Below are positions 11,236 through 21,993 of a DNA stretch of 64,000 nucleotides, piece by piece. Both the position numbers and the translations under genes were made by a program. The first letter of the stretch is position 1. Each line of letters opens with the position of its first letter. The stretch comes from Prasinococcaceae sp. CCMP 1430 (lineage: Eukaryota; Plantae; Prasinodermophyta). Location: positions 450,250 to 514,249 of the forward strand of contig RQSC01000029.1 in assembly GCA_013416795.1 (NCBI GenBank), given 5' to 3'. A model generated the notes under the pieces. The model ran no database searches. It saw only the letters and a program-made list of their open reading frames with translations, and had not been told where the DNA came from.

Positions 11236-12624
11236 ATGAGCCTATCGCACTACAAGAAGCTGGTGCTCGCCACGGCGAGCGCGCTCTATGCGGGGCCCGT
11301 GCCCAACTCCGCGGGCGGTTCGGAGAAGCACGACACCACTGGGGTGATGGTCGTCGTGCTGTCGTCTCTCACGCGGCGGGTGTGGGTCAAGGAGATCGAG
11401 CTGGCCGCCGACCTCAAGCTCGGGCAAAAGCTGGTGCGCCGCGCGCTGAAGCAGCTGGAGAACGACCAGCTCATCGTGCGCGAGGTGCGGAAGGACACCA
11501 AGAAGGGGCTGTCGAAGGAGGTCGCCGACGCGGCGGCCGCCTCGGCAGCCGCCGCCAAGGCCAAGATGCTCGAGAGCGCGGGTGTCACGGCAGAAGAGGC
11601 GGGCAAGGCCGCCGCGACGGGTGCCGCAGGCGCCGAGTGCCACGAAGAGCGCGACACCGCGCGAGAGAACGAAAAGTCGTCCAAGAACGGCGTCTTCCAG
11701 TGGATCTCTCTCGACTACGGCCACTTTGCAGACGTGGTGCGGCTCAAACTGCACCGGCTGCGCTCCAAGATCTCCGCGCAGCTCGACCAGAAGCTCCCTG
11801 ACCCCGACCTGGTTTGCCAGGGTTGCGGGAACCGCAAGACGCAGCTGGACGCCTTCGCGGATGGACTTATGAACCCCGAGACCATGATCTTCGAGTGCGA
11901 CCTCTGCGGCGGGCCGCTGCTGCCGGAGGGCACCAAAGGCGATGCACAGGACGCGCACCGCGAGCGCGCCGAGGCTCTGCGTGCGGCCCTGGCGTCCATC
12001 GACAAGCATCTCGCACCTGTGATCGCGTGTTTGGCGCGCGTGCGCACGCTGCAGGCACCTATCTTCCGCTCGCTGGACGAGTGGCGGCGAATGGAAGCGG
12101 CGAAGCGCGGCGTCGCGCAGACCGGGGGTGCGGGCTTCGCACGGCCGCTCGAGGAAGGCGGGTCAGGACTCGGAGACATCAACATCGAGGTCGATCTCGG
12201 GGACGGCCCGGGCGACGACGGCAGGCTTGGTGGGCCAAAGCGGCCAAAGCGTGCCCTGCCGGCATTCTTCAATCAGGATCACAGCATCAAACGCGCAAGG
12301 GTCAACGGAGCCGGTGGAGAGGGTGGTAAAGCCCAGGTCGCGGGCGCCCCCGGCGCAGCTGCTGCGGGCGAGCCGCCGGCGAGCGTCACCGCTGCCGCCA
12401 CCGCCGCCGCTGCGGTCTCCAAGGCCGAGGCGGACGCGCTGGATAGCTTCTACCAGAGTGCGCAAGCAGGACAGGAGCAGACCCTTGGCGGAGAAGGCGC
12501 CGCAGACGCTGCCGCTGGCGGCGCTGGCGGCACCACCGACGAAGCGGCGCAGGACGGGGCAGCCGCCGCCGCCGCCGCTGCCGACGATAGCGACTCAGAC
12601 AGCGATGGGTGGGAAGAGGCGTGA
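11236..12624 (+). CDS. GTF2E1: Transcription factor TFIIE alpha subunit
   Basis: Winged-helix region (VWVKEIELAADLKLGQKLVRRAL), LDYGHFADVVRLKL, zinc ribbon CQGC...CDLC and an acidic tail DGWEEA. Confidence 0.8.
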   Translation: MSLSHYKKLVLATASALYAGPVPNSAGGSEKHDTTGVMVVVLSSLTRRVWVKEIELAADLKLGQKLVRRALKQLENDQLIVREVRKDTKKGLSKEVADAAAASAAAAKAKMLESAGVTAEEAGKAAATGAAGAECHEERDTARENEKSSKNGVFQWISLDYGHFADVVRLKLHRLRSKISAQLDQKLPDPDLVCQGCGNRKTQLDAFADGLMNPETMIFECDLCGGPLLPEGTKGDAQDAHRERAEALRAALASIDKHLAPVIACLARVRTLQAPIFRSLDEWRRMEAAKRGVAQTGGAGFARPLEEGGSGLGDINIEVDLGDGPGDDGRLGGPKRPKRALPAFFNQDHSIKRARVNGAGGEGGKAQVAGAPGAAAAGEPPASVTAAATAAAAVSKAEADALDSFYQSAQAGQEQTLGGEGAADAAAGGAGGTTDEAAQDGAAAAAAAADDSDSDSDGWEEA

Positions 12625-12844
12625 GTCCGGAACTTGTAATCATAATCTGCGATTTTGTACCTCCGGCGCGCGCCTGCGCCTGGCGCGCACGCGCTCGAGC
12701 ATTTCCAGGCAAGGGTACTGCTGTACCACAAGCAGTCGATTCTAGCTAGCTACATATAGCTGGCTACGTACTAGAGGGGGCCTGTCTGCCCGGTGAAGAG
12801 GGGCGAATGTTTGCGCAGCATGACTAGCATCGGTACGAGGCCCA

Positions 12845-14629
12845 TCAGCAGACAGCGTTAGGGCCGCTGAGCACCGCTGACTCGCCGCCGTGCCCAACCT
12901 CAAGGACGACGGGACCGCTGTCCAGCCGCTGCAACCAGGGCTCGCCGTCGATCTGCATGGCCATCGCACGGTCCAACGGGCCGCGCGCGCCGCCTGCGTG
13001 CGGCAGCACCTCCAAGCGCACCTCCGACACCTGCGCGAGGCGCGTGGCGCCCGAGAGATGGGTCATGACGCCAGCGAGGTGGGCGCCGCCGCGGAGCGCG
13101 ACAACCTCTACCAAACCGTCTGCCATCGACATGTGGTCGCTGCAGTTGATCGGGGCATCACCGTGTCAGCGCGAGCGGGTCGGCGCAGTGAGCGCTACAT
13201 CGAGGAACGCAGACACGCTTGAGAACAGACGCGATCGCGCGAACGCGAGCGCACTCACCTGCACCCAGGAGGGCTGCCGCTCCCCTCTCCATGGGCAGCG
13301 CCACCAGCGCTCCAACCCCACCGCTGCCTCCACAAGTCACGCCCGCCGGCAAATGAGTTGACGTTGAGAATGACTACGCCAGTCGTGCCCTCAGGGAGTC
13401 TGATGTAGCGCCAAGAATTGGGGTCGCGCTCACATTCGTCGTCTGGAGTGCCCGCATCCCTGCCACCACGCACCCGCAGCACGACCCTGCCGCAGAGGCT
13501 CGCCTTTTGGCCGCAGCAGCCGCGCGTCAGGCCGCACGCCCAGCCCTGCCAAAACGCGGTGAGCACGTAGAGGAGCTTGTTGCTCATCCGTCGCCGCGAG
13601 CCTAGCTTGGAGCGCACAGACGCGCGGCGGCTTTGGTGGAAACCGTAAGCAATCTGCGCGTCCATGCCTGCGCCGCGCGTGCGCGGGCGCGGCCGGCGCC
13701 GCATGCAAGAAGCGCGCCGGGCGTCAGCGGGCGCACGGACGGGCAGACGCATGGGCGCGCGCGGGGCGGTGTGGGGATCGGGGAGCTCGCGCGCGCGCGC
13801 ACCGATGGACAGGTAGTTGAAGAACCTGCCGGTGGCTTCAGGCGCGTTGTGTTCGCACGAAAACGCGGGGGGAAGTCCGCCGCCCGCCAGCGCCGCGGCA
13901 GCCGCTCCCGCCCCCGGTCCGCCTGCTTTGAGACGCAGCGAGACCCGCCACCGGTCTAGGCGCACGATGGGCGCGCATGCGATTGCGTGCAGACGCGCGA
14001 GCAGCCTCTGCTTCAGCGGCGCGCGGCTAATAAGACCGCCGAAGCCGAGCCAGCCGGTGGCTCGTGCCATGTCATTGCCCGTCCCAAGCGGCAGGATGGC
14101 GACGGGCGTAATGGAGGGGTCCAAGCCGGCGTCGGCGAGCGCACCGAGCACCCAAGCAGCACTTCCGTCGCCTCCGGCCACGACGACCCGCACGCCGCGC
14201 CCACTGCGCCCAGCAGCCGACAGTCAGTGTCGCACACCAGCATTATTGCACTCACGCGCGCGCGCGCTCGCCCGTGCGACGTGCGTCGTACCTGCTTGCC
14301 ACTGCCACGAGCTCGGCTATGCGCGCCCCCGGTTCGGTCTCGTTCTGCAGGTCGAACACCTGCTTCGGCCCCAGCAGGTCGGCGAGCGCTGCGTGCACGC
14401 TCCTGCCGAGCAGCTCTCCGGACTGGCAGTTGACGAGCGCGACGCACGGCACGCGGCGCGCCGCGAGCGGCGAGTCGACCGGCGGCGCGCGCAGGTCGCC
14501 CACGTCCAGTGCTTGAAGCGAGCGCGAGGACAGGCGCAACGCATCGGCGCCTCCCAGCGATTTGCGCGCGGCAAGCGCGGACCCCCTGCCCGCGTCGCCA
14601 TGCCGGCCACCAGCCGCCAGCAGGCCCGC
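12845..14629 (-). CDS. DGK: Diacylglycerol kinase; introns 14204-14291, 13668-13802 and 13140-13258; native ATG apparently displaced to 16836-16838 by the mitochondrial insertion
   Basis: Motifs VALVNCQSG, RVVVAGGDGS, LPLGTGND, FFNYLSIG|MDAQIAYGFH, ADGLVEVV and MQIDGEPW. All three GT-AG introns preserve the frame. Confidence 0.85.
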
Positions 14630-14630
14630 C

Positions 14631-14861
14631 CTCTCAACCATGGACTCGGTGAAATTGAAGTCCCCGTGAAGATGCGGGGTACTCACGGTAAGGCGAGAAG
14701 ACCCCGTGGACCTTTACTCAAGCCCTGCATTGAGTGTCGGGACCTGTGTGCGCAGACTAGGTAGGAGCGGTATCCATAGGTTGCGGCCTAGAGGACACGC
14801 ATCAGTGAGAGACTACCCACACACACCGGCGCTCTCACCCTGTGGACAGTGCATGGTGGAG

Positions 14862-14901
<40 letters not shown>

Positions 14902-15123
14902 TGTATGCAAGGTAGGCTCACCCCGGACGGCAACCGGGCGAGTGGGGAGAATGCCCTATGCCTGCTTGACTGTAAGATGGGCACATCGAGCAGAGACGAA
15001 AGTCGATCATACTGAACCGGAGTTTCCTTGTGGAAGGGGCTTCGCTCAACGGATCAAAGGTACCCCGGGGATAACAGGCTTATACTTCCCGAGAGCTCGA
15101 ATCGACGGAAGTGTTTGGCACCT
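14631..15123 (+). rRNA. rnl: Mitochondrial large-subunit rRNA fragment (domain V, about E. coli 23S 1985-2500), within the NUMT
   Basis: Conserved tracts GACTCGGTGAAATTG, AAGACCCCGTG, TTTGACTGGGGCGGT, GGGGATAACAGGC and TTTGGCACCT. Confidence 0.92.
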
Positions 15124-15330
15124 CACACATCGGGGCAAAGAAGAAACCTTCTTTGATGAAGGCAGAATGCGGGAACCTTCAGAACGAACAATCCGCAGGA
15201 AAGAGTGGTCTTTCCTCAACGACTCAACGCCTTCCTTTCTTTGAAGTGGGGTGACCCACACACAAAGAGAGAAGAGAGAGTCTTTCTTTTCTTGAAAAAG
15301 AAAAACGGTCGTCGACCCAAAGACGAACGC
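15124..15330 (+). ncRNA. Group I intron core at rnl position 2500, lacking the 3' splice site and exon
   Basis: Begins after U2500. Elements: P10 guide ACATCG (15127-32, complementary to the expected exon CGATGT), P3 GAAGGC/GCCTTC, P AATGCGGGAA (15166), Q AATCCGCAG (15190), R CTCAACGACTC (15215), S AAGAGAGAGTC (15272), and P8, P9 and P9.1 hairpins. Confidence 0.85.
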
Positions 15331-15343
15331 ACACAGAAAAAAC

Positions 15344-15391
15344 ATCCTTTCAAAAAAAAGACTTTTTTCCCTGTCTTTTCCTTTGAAGGAT
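15344..15391. terminator. Stem-loop between the convergent rnl/intron and cob units
   Basis: ATCCTTTCAAA pairs imperfectly with TTTGAAGGAT; an inner AAAAGAC/GTCTTTT stem is present. Confidence 0.3.
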
Positions 15392-15422
15392 AAATAAAAA
15401 ATATATCTACTACCTTTCTTTT

Positions 15423-16580
15423 TCATTGAACCTTCCATCGAAGAAGGAGGTTTTCAAGGCGTCCAAGGACCGGGGTCAGCACAAGGAAGTAGAAAAAGAA
15501 GTAAAAGGTCAAAATTTGACCGATTTCAAGGTAGGGGGACTCGACAGGCATCGCACCAATCCATCCAAGAAGAAGGGCGGTGGCCACAAAGGACCAGTAC
15601 GCCATTGCTGCCAATGGTCGGAAGGCGTTTGATCGAACAGATGCTGTATGAAGCCAAGGCATGAGTCCGAGGCAGACAAAGGTTGCAATCATTGCCACAA
15701 CCCCAAGAAGTTTGTCTGGAATAGACCGAAGAACAGCGTAAAAAGGAAGGACGTAGAACTCTGGAACAATGTGTGCAGGGGTACTCAAAGGGTTTGCTGG
15801 AATGTAGTTATCCGCATGCCCCAAATAGTTGGGTGCATAATGGACAAAGCAAGAGAAAATAATTGCAAAGACCAACCAGGCCACAAGGTCTTTCACATAG
15901 AAAAGAGGGTACAAAGGATGCTTGTCTGTGTGTGAGGGAACTCCCACAGGGTTGTTTGACCCATACTGGTGAAGGGCTGCAATGTGAAGGATAGAAAGTC
16001 CAGCAATCACAAAGGGAAGAAGGTAGTGAAGGCTAAAGAATCGGTTCAAGGTTGCGTTATCCACGGAAAACCCTCCCCACAGCCAGACAACAACGTCATT
16101 TCCTACAATTGGAATAACGGATGCAAGGCTGGTAATCACCGTTGCTCCCCACAGAGACATCTGCCCCCAAGGCAAGACATACCCAATAAAGGCTGTCAAA
16201 ATCATCAAAAGAAGGAGGACAACCCCAAGAACCCACACGAGTTCTCGTGGACTTGTGTAAGACCCATAATAGAGTCCTCGAAGAATATGAATATAGACGA
16301 CGATGAAAAACATTCCGGCTCCATTTGCGTGAAGATACCGGAGGAACCACCCTCCTTCAACATCTCGCATAATATGCTCAACGCTCGAAAAGGCAAGGTC
16401 CACGTGGGGAGTATAATGCATTGCAAGGAAGATTCCACTTGCAATTTGGATCCCAAGGCAGATTCCTGCAAGAGATCCGAATCCCCACATATAGGTCAAA
16501 TTCGAAGGGGTCGGGTAATCACTCACGTGATCATTCACCACACTCAAGACTGGTTGAGTGATCAAGGCTGATCGACGCAT
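15423..16580 (-). CDS. cob: Apocytochrome b (385 aa, standard code), intact within the NUMT; ORF extends 57 codons upstream to ATG 16751
   Basis: Motifs [37 protein letters not shown] and SLHYLLP; all four heme His residues are present; no frameshift or internal stop. Confidence 0.97.
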   Translation of the reverse strand: MRRSALITQPVLSVVNDHVSDYPTPSNLTYMWGFGSLAGICLGIQIASGIFLAMHYTPHVDLAFSSVEHIMRDVEGGWFLRYLHANGAGMFFIVVYIHILRGLYYGSYTSPRELVWVLGVVLLLLMILTAFIGYVLPWGQMSLWGATVITSLASVIPIVGNDVVVWLWGGFSVDNATLNRFFSLHYLLPFVIAGLSILHIAALHQYGSNNPVGVPSHTDKHPLYPLFYVKDLVAWLVFAIIFSCFVHYAPNYLGHADNYIPANPLSTPAHIVPEFYVLPFYAVLRSIPDKLLGVVAMIATFVCLGLMPWLHTASVRSNAFRPLAAMAYWSFVATALLLGWIGAMPVESPYLEIGQILTFYFFFYFLVLTPVLGRLENLLLRWKVQ

Positions 16581-17041
16581 GAAAGGAGTCGGTCGGTGGT
16601 TTTCAGTCATCGGTCCGAAGGCTCCTTTTCCAAAGGCTTCTGTGTCTTGGATGGGTGCATCCCACAAAGGGGCCATTGAAAGGGGTGCGGTAGACGCAGG
16701 AAGAAGGGTTGTTTTGTTCCGTGTTCCTGAAAGTTTCACAAAGGTTGACATAAATCATGAAAAGAATGGAAAGATCATCCCAAGAGATCTCTTTTTTTCT
16801 TCTTTTTTTGAAAGATAGAGAGACTTTTTTTTTTCCATCGCGCGCCCGCTGCCGCCCGCCGCAGCGCCCGCCGCACGCCGCTACGTGCCAGGCGCACGCC
16901 CCGCACCCCTTGTGCCACCTGTGGGCGCCCGAGCTGCAGCCCTCCCCCCACCCCACCCCACCCCATCTCAAGCACGCCGCACCAGGCAGCGCACACGGTG
17001 CACACGATTTGCACTTTTCGGAATTTCCCGCCGTTTACCCG

Positions 17042-17061
17042 AACCCTAACCTAACCCTAAA
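17042..17061. promoter_or_regulatory. Telo-box-like interstitial telomere motif
   Basis: AACCCTAACCTAACCCTAAA lies upstream of PrmA. Confidence 0.5.
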
Positions 17062-17095
17062 GGGCGCTGTGTCAAACCTTAACCTTTGTGGAGCG

Positions 17096-18107
17096 ATGAG
17101 GCCGCGACGTGCAGCTGAGCCCTGCCACGGGGGGGAAGGAGGGGAGGGGGAGGGGGGGGAGGGTCACTCTGCTCTGCGGCGTCGGCGTCCGCCCGCGCGG
17201 CCGGCGGGGCCGGCGAGGGCGACGAGGGCGACGGGGACGCCGTCCTCGGGCAGGACGAAGGCATCGGGGGCGATGGGTCGACCCCTGTGATCGACGCGCA
17301 GGCGCAATGGCTGAGCGCCTTCTGCGGGTCGGAGGAGGAGGACTGGGTGGCCGCCATCAAGAGGGCGAGCTATGTGCCGACTGAGGCTGCGCCCGGGGTG
17401 TGGCTCGTGCCCGATTGGAGCGATGGGGCCGTGCCAGACGAGCAGCAGTCGGCCTCATTTGAGCCGCCTACGGGTGCAGTCAAGGTGGCGCTGCAGCCAG
17501 GGGTGGCGTTCGGCACTGGCGAGCACCCGACGACGCGCCTCTGCCTCGGGGCGTTGGCGCCGGGCGGCCGCGCTGCCGTGCGACCCGGCGATGAGGTGTT
17601 GGACTATGGCGCGGGCAGCGGGGTGCTGGCGCTCTTGGCGTTGAAACTCGGCGCGGCGCGCGCGGTCGGGGTCGATAGTGACGCCTCGGCGGTGTCCTCC
17701 GCCGAGACCAACGCTGCGCTCAATGGGTATGACGAGACGAGCTTCCGCTGCTATGAGGTGGACCCGGAGGACGACGCGGCTCGGCCACTCGCGGCCGAGG
17801 TTGACGAGACCTTTGACGTGGTCGTGGCCAACATTTTGCAGGTACGTGCGCGCATAGTCGGTGGCGGCTGGTAGGCATGCGCCCAAGTACTGACCATCGA
17901 ACGCCTCCCTCGGCACAGGGACCGCTGATTGAATTGGAACCGAGGCTGGCGCGCGCGTCGCGGCCCGGGGCGCGATTGGTGCTCAGCGGCGTGCTGGCGG
18001 GCGAGCAAGCGACGGCCGCGGTGGCAAAGTACGGTGAGCATTTCGAGGACTTGCGCGTCGCAGAGGAAGATGGATGGGCGTGCGTGACCGGTGTGCGAAA
18101 GCGATAG
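17096..18107 (+). CDS. prmA: Ribosomal protein L11 methyltransferase; intron 17842-17918; 5' end uncertain
   Basis: Motifs AFGTGEHPTTRLCL, VLDYGAGSGVLA, DVVVANIL|GPL and LVLSGVL. Confidence 0.85.
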
Positions 18108-18176
18108 CAGAGTGCCCAGCGTCCCAGCGAATCGTTATATTCAACCTGCATGCGCCGCGCAATTGCCCCGTGCCTC

Positions 18177-21100
18177 TCACGCGCCTACTCGGGCCTTCTC
18201 GCGCATCGCATCCTCGGCCTCGGCGACCTTCGTCGCCAGCTCGTCCAGGCGCGCGTAGCGCTCGGTGCCGCCGAAGGCTTCCTTGCCCTGTTTGACTACG
18301 CCGCGCAGCTGCATGCGCACCGAGGCGAGGTCCTTCGCAGCCTGGGCGCAGCTGTAGCCGATTGCGGCAGCGCCCTCCTCGGCCGGCGGTGGCTCTGGCG
18401 TCGCCTCCTGCGCGGCGTTGAGGCGGATGACGGCGAGGTCGCAGCACGCGGCCGCGAGCTGCTCGAACGCATTGCCATCGGAGCGCCACTTCGTGCCGGC
18501 CTGCAGCGCCCGCAAGCGGCGCATGGTGAATTCGGTAGCGCCCGCGTGGTCGCCGCCGGTGAGGCGCAGGCGCGCCTGCAGCGACCACACCGCGCCCATC
18601 AGCCCCGTCGACGAGGCGCTCTCGTCCGCGTCGCCGCGGCGCGCGAGCGGCGTGCCATCCGCCTTGTACATTTCGCGCCCGTCGGGCGACGCCTTGGAGG
18701 CGTCCGCGAGTGCCGCCTGAACATCAGCCACCAGCCGCCCCATCTCGCGCTCCGTGTACGTCGGCAGAGGCTCCTTGGCAAAGGCAGCCTCCGCCGCCAT
18801 GCCGACGATGTCCTCGCCTCCGTAAGCCGAGTCGTCGGCGTCGACGTCGGCCTCTTCCTCCCCGGCTGCGTTGAGGCCGATGTCGTCGAGCGACGCCATC
18901 AGGGCTTCCTCAGCAGCGCCCTCGCGCGCCTCGCGCCTGGCCGCCTCGCGCGCGGCGCGCGCCGCCGCCTCTGGACCGCCGGTGACGGCCTCGGGGTCGC
19001 GCACCACGCGCTCCACCTCGGCCACGCATGCTGCCAGTGCGCGAATGTTGACACGCGCTCCCTTTGTAAGCTCCATCAGCCGACGAGCGGCGTTTGCTGC
19101 TTGTCTGAAGCGCCGCACTTCGGTGGCCACCGTCGCCAGGTTGTCCCACGCGTGCCAACTGTGCTCGCGCACGCGTACGCACTCGGACAGCGCGACGTGC
19201 GCCGCGCGCGTGCGCTTGGCCTTCATGTGCAGTGCCGCTAGATTGTTCCACGCCTCACCCGCGCGCATCTCGAGTTGCACCGTGCGCGAGAAGGCGCGCG
19301 CGGCCTCCTCGTCGCGCTCAAGCTTGAGCGCCGCATAGCCGAGAGCAAACCAGCCGTTGGTGTAGAGCGTGCTCGCACGCTGCGCGTCACGCCAGTGCGC
19401 AAGGGCCGCCTCGTGGTCCTCGCGAGCGGCCGCCCGCCTGGCAAGCGCACGCTTTGCACCGGCGAACTTGCCGCCTGACACCTCCCACGAGTGCTCCATG
19501 AGCGCCTCATTGCCTTCGAGCTCACCGAGAACCAGCCAGGCGCGCGCATCGCCCTCGTCCACCGCCAGCCGCTTGCGTACCGCGGCAACCGCCGCCGGGA
19601 CCTTGTCCAGCGCCTTGTAACACGCCGCCAGCGATTCCCACACCTCGAGAGCCTCCAGCAGCGGCAGCGCCGAGCCTACCATTCCATTGGCCACCAGCTG
19701 CTCGGCGAGTTCTTTGCGCACCCCGCCAGCGAGCGGCATAGGCGTTGCGAAGACGCCGAGCGTACGGGACGCACTCAGCGATGCAAACCTGTCCGCCTCC
19801 GTCGCGGCCGAGGCGGCGCGCAGCGCTGCGGCTGCAGCAGGCGCCTCGCCGATGGCGAGACGCTGCGAGCGCACCAGGGCGGTGATGCGCGCAAGTGCAC
19901 GCGAGCGCGTGCGCGTACGCGTGCGCTCGTGGCGCGCCTGTTCCAGAGCCGCAGCAAGCGCCACCGCGAACGGCGCAGCGGGCTGCGCGGCGACACAGTC
20001 GACGTATGGCGCGGCCTCCCATGGCGAAAGCTCATCCTCCGTTCGGCACTTGCGCAAGACGTGCGCCTGTGCCATAACGAGGCACAGTTCCACGCTTGAC
20101 ATCGCGGGCGGGGCAGCCTGCACCATGTGCGAAGCCGAGTAGAACGTGCGCGTGGTGTAAGGCAGTGCATTTGGCCCGTGTGGCAGCGCCAACAACCGTC
20201 AGCATCGACGCGCGCGCAGCATGCTCTCTTTCTCTTTCTCTTCGGCGCGTGTGCGCGAGTGGGGGAATCAGACAGCTGCGCACTCTCATCGCGAGAGAGG
20301 ATCGACGCAGGTGGCTCGATTTGACACGCGGGCCACCCGCGAAGCGCTCGATTGTGTGCGGGGCTTAATCCGCTTGCGCAATGTGTCATCATATCCCCTC
20401 CACAGCCAGCGCCGGCGCGCGCGGGCTGGCGCGCGCACCTCTGTCTGCCCCTCGACCTCCACGAGTCTGGGCCTCTCGAGAATGTCACAATTCGCCGCAT
20501 CGTCTATGACCCCCTGCTCCTCCGCACGCTCGACCTCGCCGCGAGCCGCGGCGGCCGCCTCGCCGAGCGCCGCGTCGGCACCAGGCGCGCCGGCCTCGCC
20601 CGCCATAGCCGCGCGTTCGGCCGCCTCGGCAGCAGCCGCTGCCTCGTCCTCGGCTGCGCGCGCACCCACGCGCGCTACACGCGCGACAAGCTGCGCCTTT
20701 GGGTCCTGCTGGTGCCGCGTGCGGTAGCCCATCGCGCCGACAACGCCGACGCGCACGCCTAGCAACTGCTCCGCAGCTTCGAGCTTGCGTGCGGCTGCCG
20801 CCGGCCGCGAGTAGTACGCGTCCGCCAGCGCGTCCTCCAGCTCGATCGCCGCTCGCGCGGCGCGAGGCAACCAGATCTGGCCATCGCCCTCGCCGGCGCC
20901 CTGGTCGCCGCCTCCGAGCAGAGCGCGCGCGGCGCCGAAGCGCGCGCGGCACTCGTCGCGCAGCTCGCGTGCGGCGCCCGTGAGTGCGCGCTGGTGCATG
21001 AGCAGCGCACGCGCGAGCCACCAATGGGCGGTGTCGAGTCGGTCCTGCCGAAGGCACGCGTCGTTGCTGGTGCCCTCTGCAGCTGCGCTGTCCCCGGCCC

Positions 21101-21641
21101 CATCCTCGGGCTTTGGCGCGGGGAGCGGCCCAGCGGCCACGCGCAGCAGCGCCTCGGCCAGAAGCAGATACTGCGCCGCACCGCACGCGAACGCCGGCTG
21201 CTCACCGCCGCGGGCCATCGCCCGCTGCGCCGCGCGGCACCATGGGCCGCGCTCTCGCGCGCTCGCGCGCGCGCCCACCGCTGAGCTCCCATCCTCGCCT
21301 TCGCCCTCGTCGCTATCGCTCATTCCCATGTCTCCCATGCCGTCATCGAGCGCGTCGAGTGCATCCAAAACGCCACCCGCCTCATCCGCCTCGTCCGCGG
21401 CGGCGCCAGCGCCGGCAGTGGCGCCACCCTCGGCCGCGACCGCGGTCGTAGCTGCCCCGCTGAAGACCGCCTCGACAATGTTGTCCTCCAACGGCGGCTC
21501 GGGCCCGCAGACGTTGCACTGTGCGAAGACCATGAGCGCGGCCACGCCGGCGACGAGGGCATCGGCGCGCTGTGCTGCGGTGCGCGGCGCCGCGCTGCGC
21601 GCAGGGGCGCGCCCAGCAGCGGGCCGACGCCGCCCCACCAT
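18177..21641 (-). CDS. TTC27: TTC27/Emw1-like TPR protein; intron 20118-20438
   Basis: FAQCNVCGP, GAMGYRTRHQQ..QLV and a TPR array (WFALGYAA, AWNNLAALHM, WDNLATVA). Confidence 0.75.
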
Positions 21642-21993
21642 ACCATTTCATTGCCGAAAACCCGCGCATTCCACGGAAGTGATGCGAATTCGGGAGGACG
21701 GACCGACGCCTCGCGGTGCTTTCGAGCGACCCACGGCATCGAATTTCATCGCCGAAGGGTCGTCGCGAACGGGGGCCGCGGGCGAGCGGCGCCGGGCGAC
21801 GCCCGGGCGAGGCGCGCACACGCACACCGGGGGTGAGGGGTGAGGGGAGAGAAAGCAGGACGGGGCGTCCTCACTTCGCTCCTCGCGCCCTCCCCCTTCT
21901 CCCCCGCCTCCCTCCTCTACCCCGACCAACCTTCCTGACTGGTGCCGGTAGCGCACACGCACAAAGAGCGTGCTGGCGGGGGCGGCGGGGGGG

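Larger units (their letters stand above)
14631..16834. other. Mitochondrial DNA insertion (NUMT), 2204 bp
   Basis: GC content drops abruptly; the segment contains an rnl fragment, a group I intron and cob; it is flanked by CC/CC; removing it restores ATG GCG GGC CTG of DGK on the minus strand. Confidence 0.88.

Noticed and set aside
11132-11238. GT77 and TFIIE start codons overlapping in one CATG with no promoter between them
   Set aside because: The single N at 11132 probably hides missing sequence, so the spacing is unreliable.
14631-15123. Functional nuclear rRNA gene or bacterial contaminant
   Set aside because: It is a partial organellar-type LSU fragment joined to cob, with GC-rich nuclear flanks that reconstruct an empty site.
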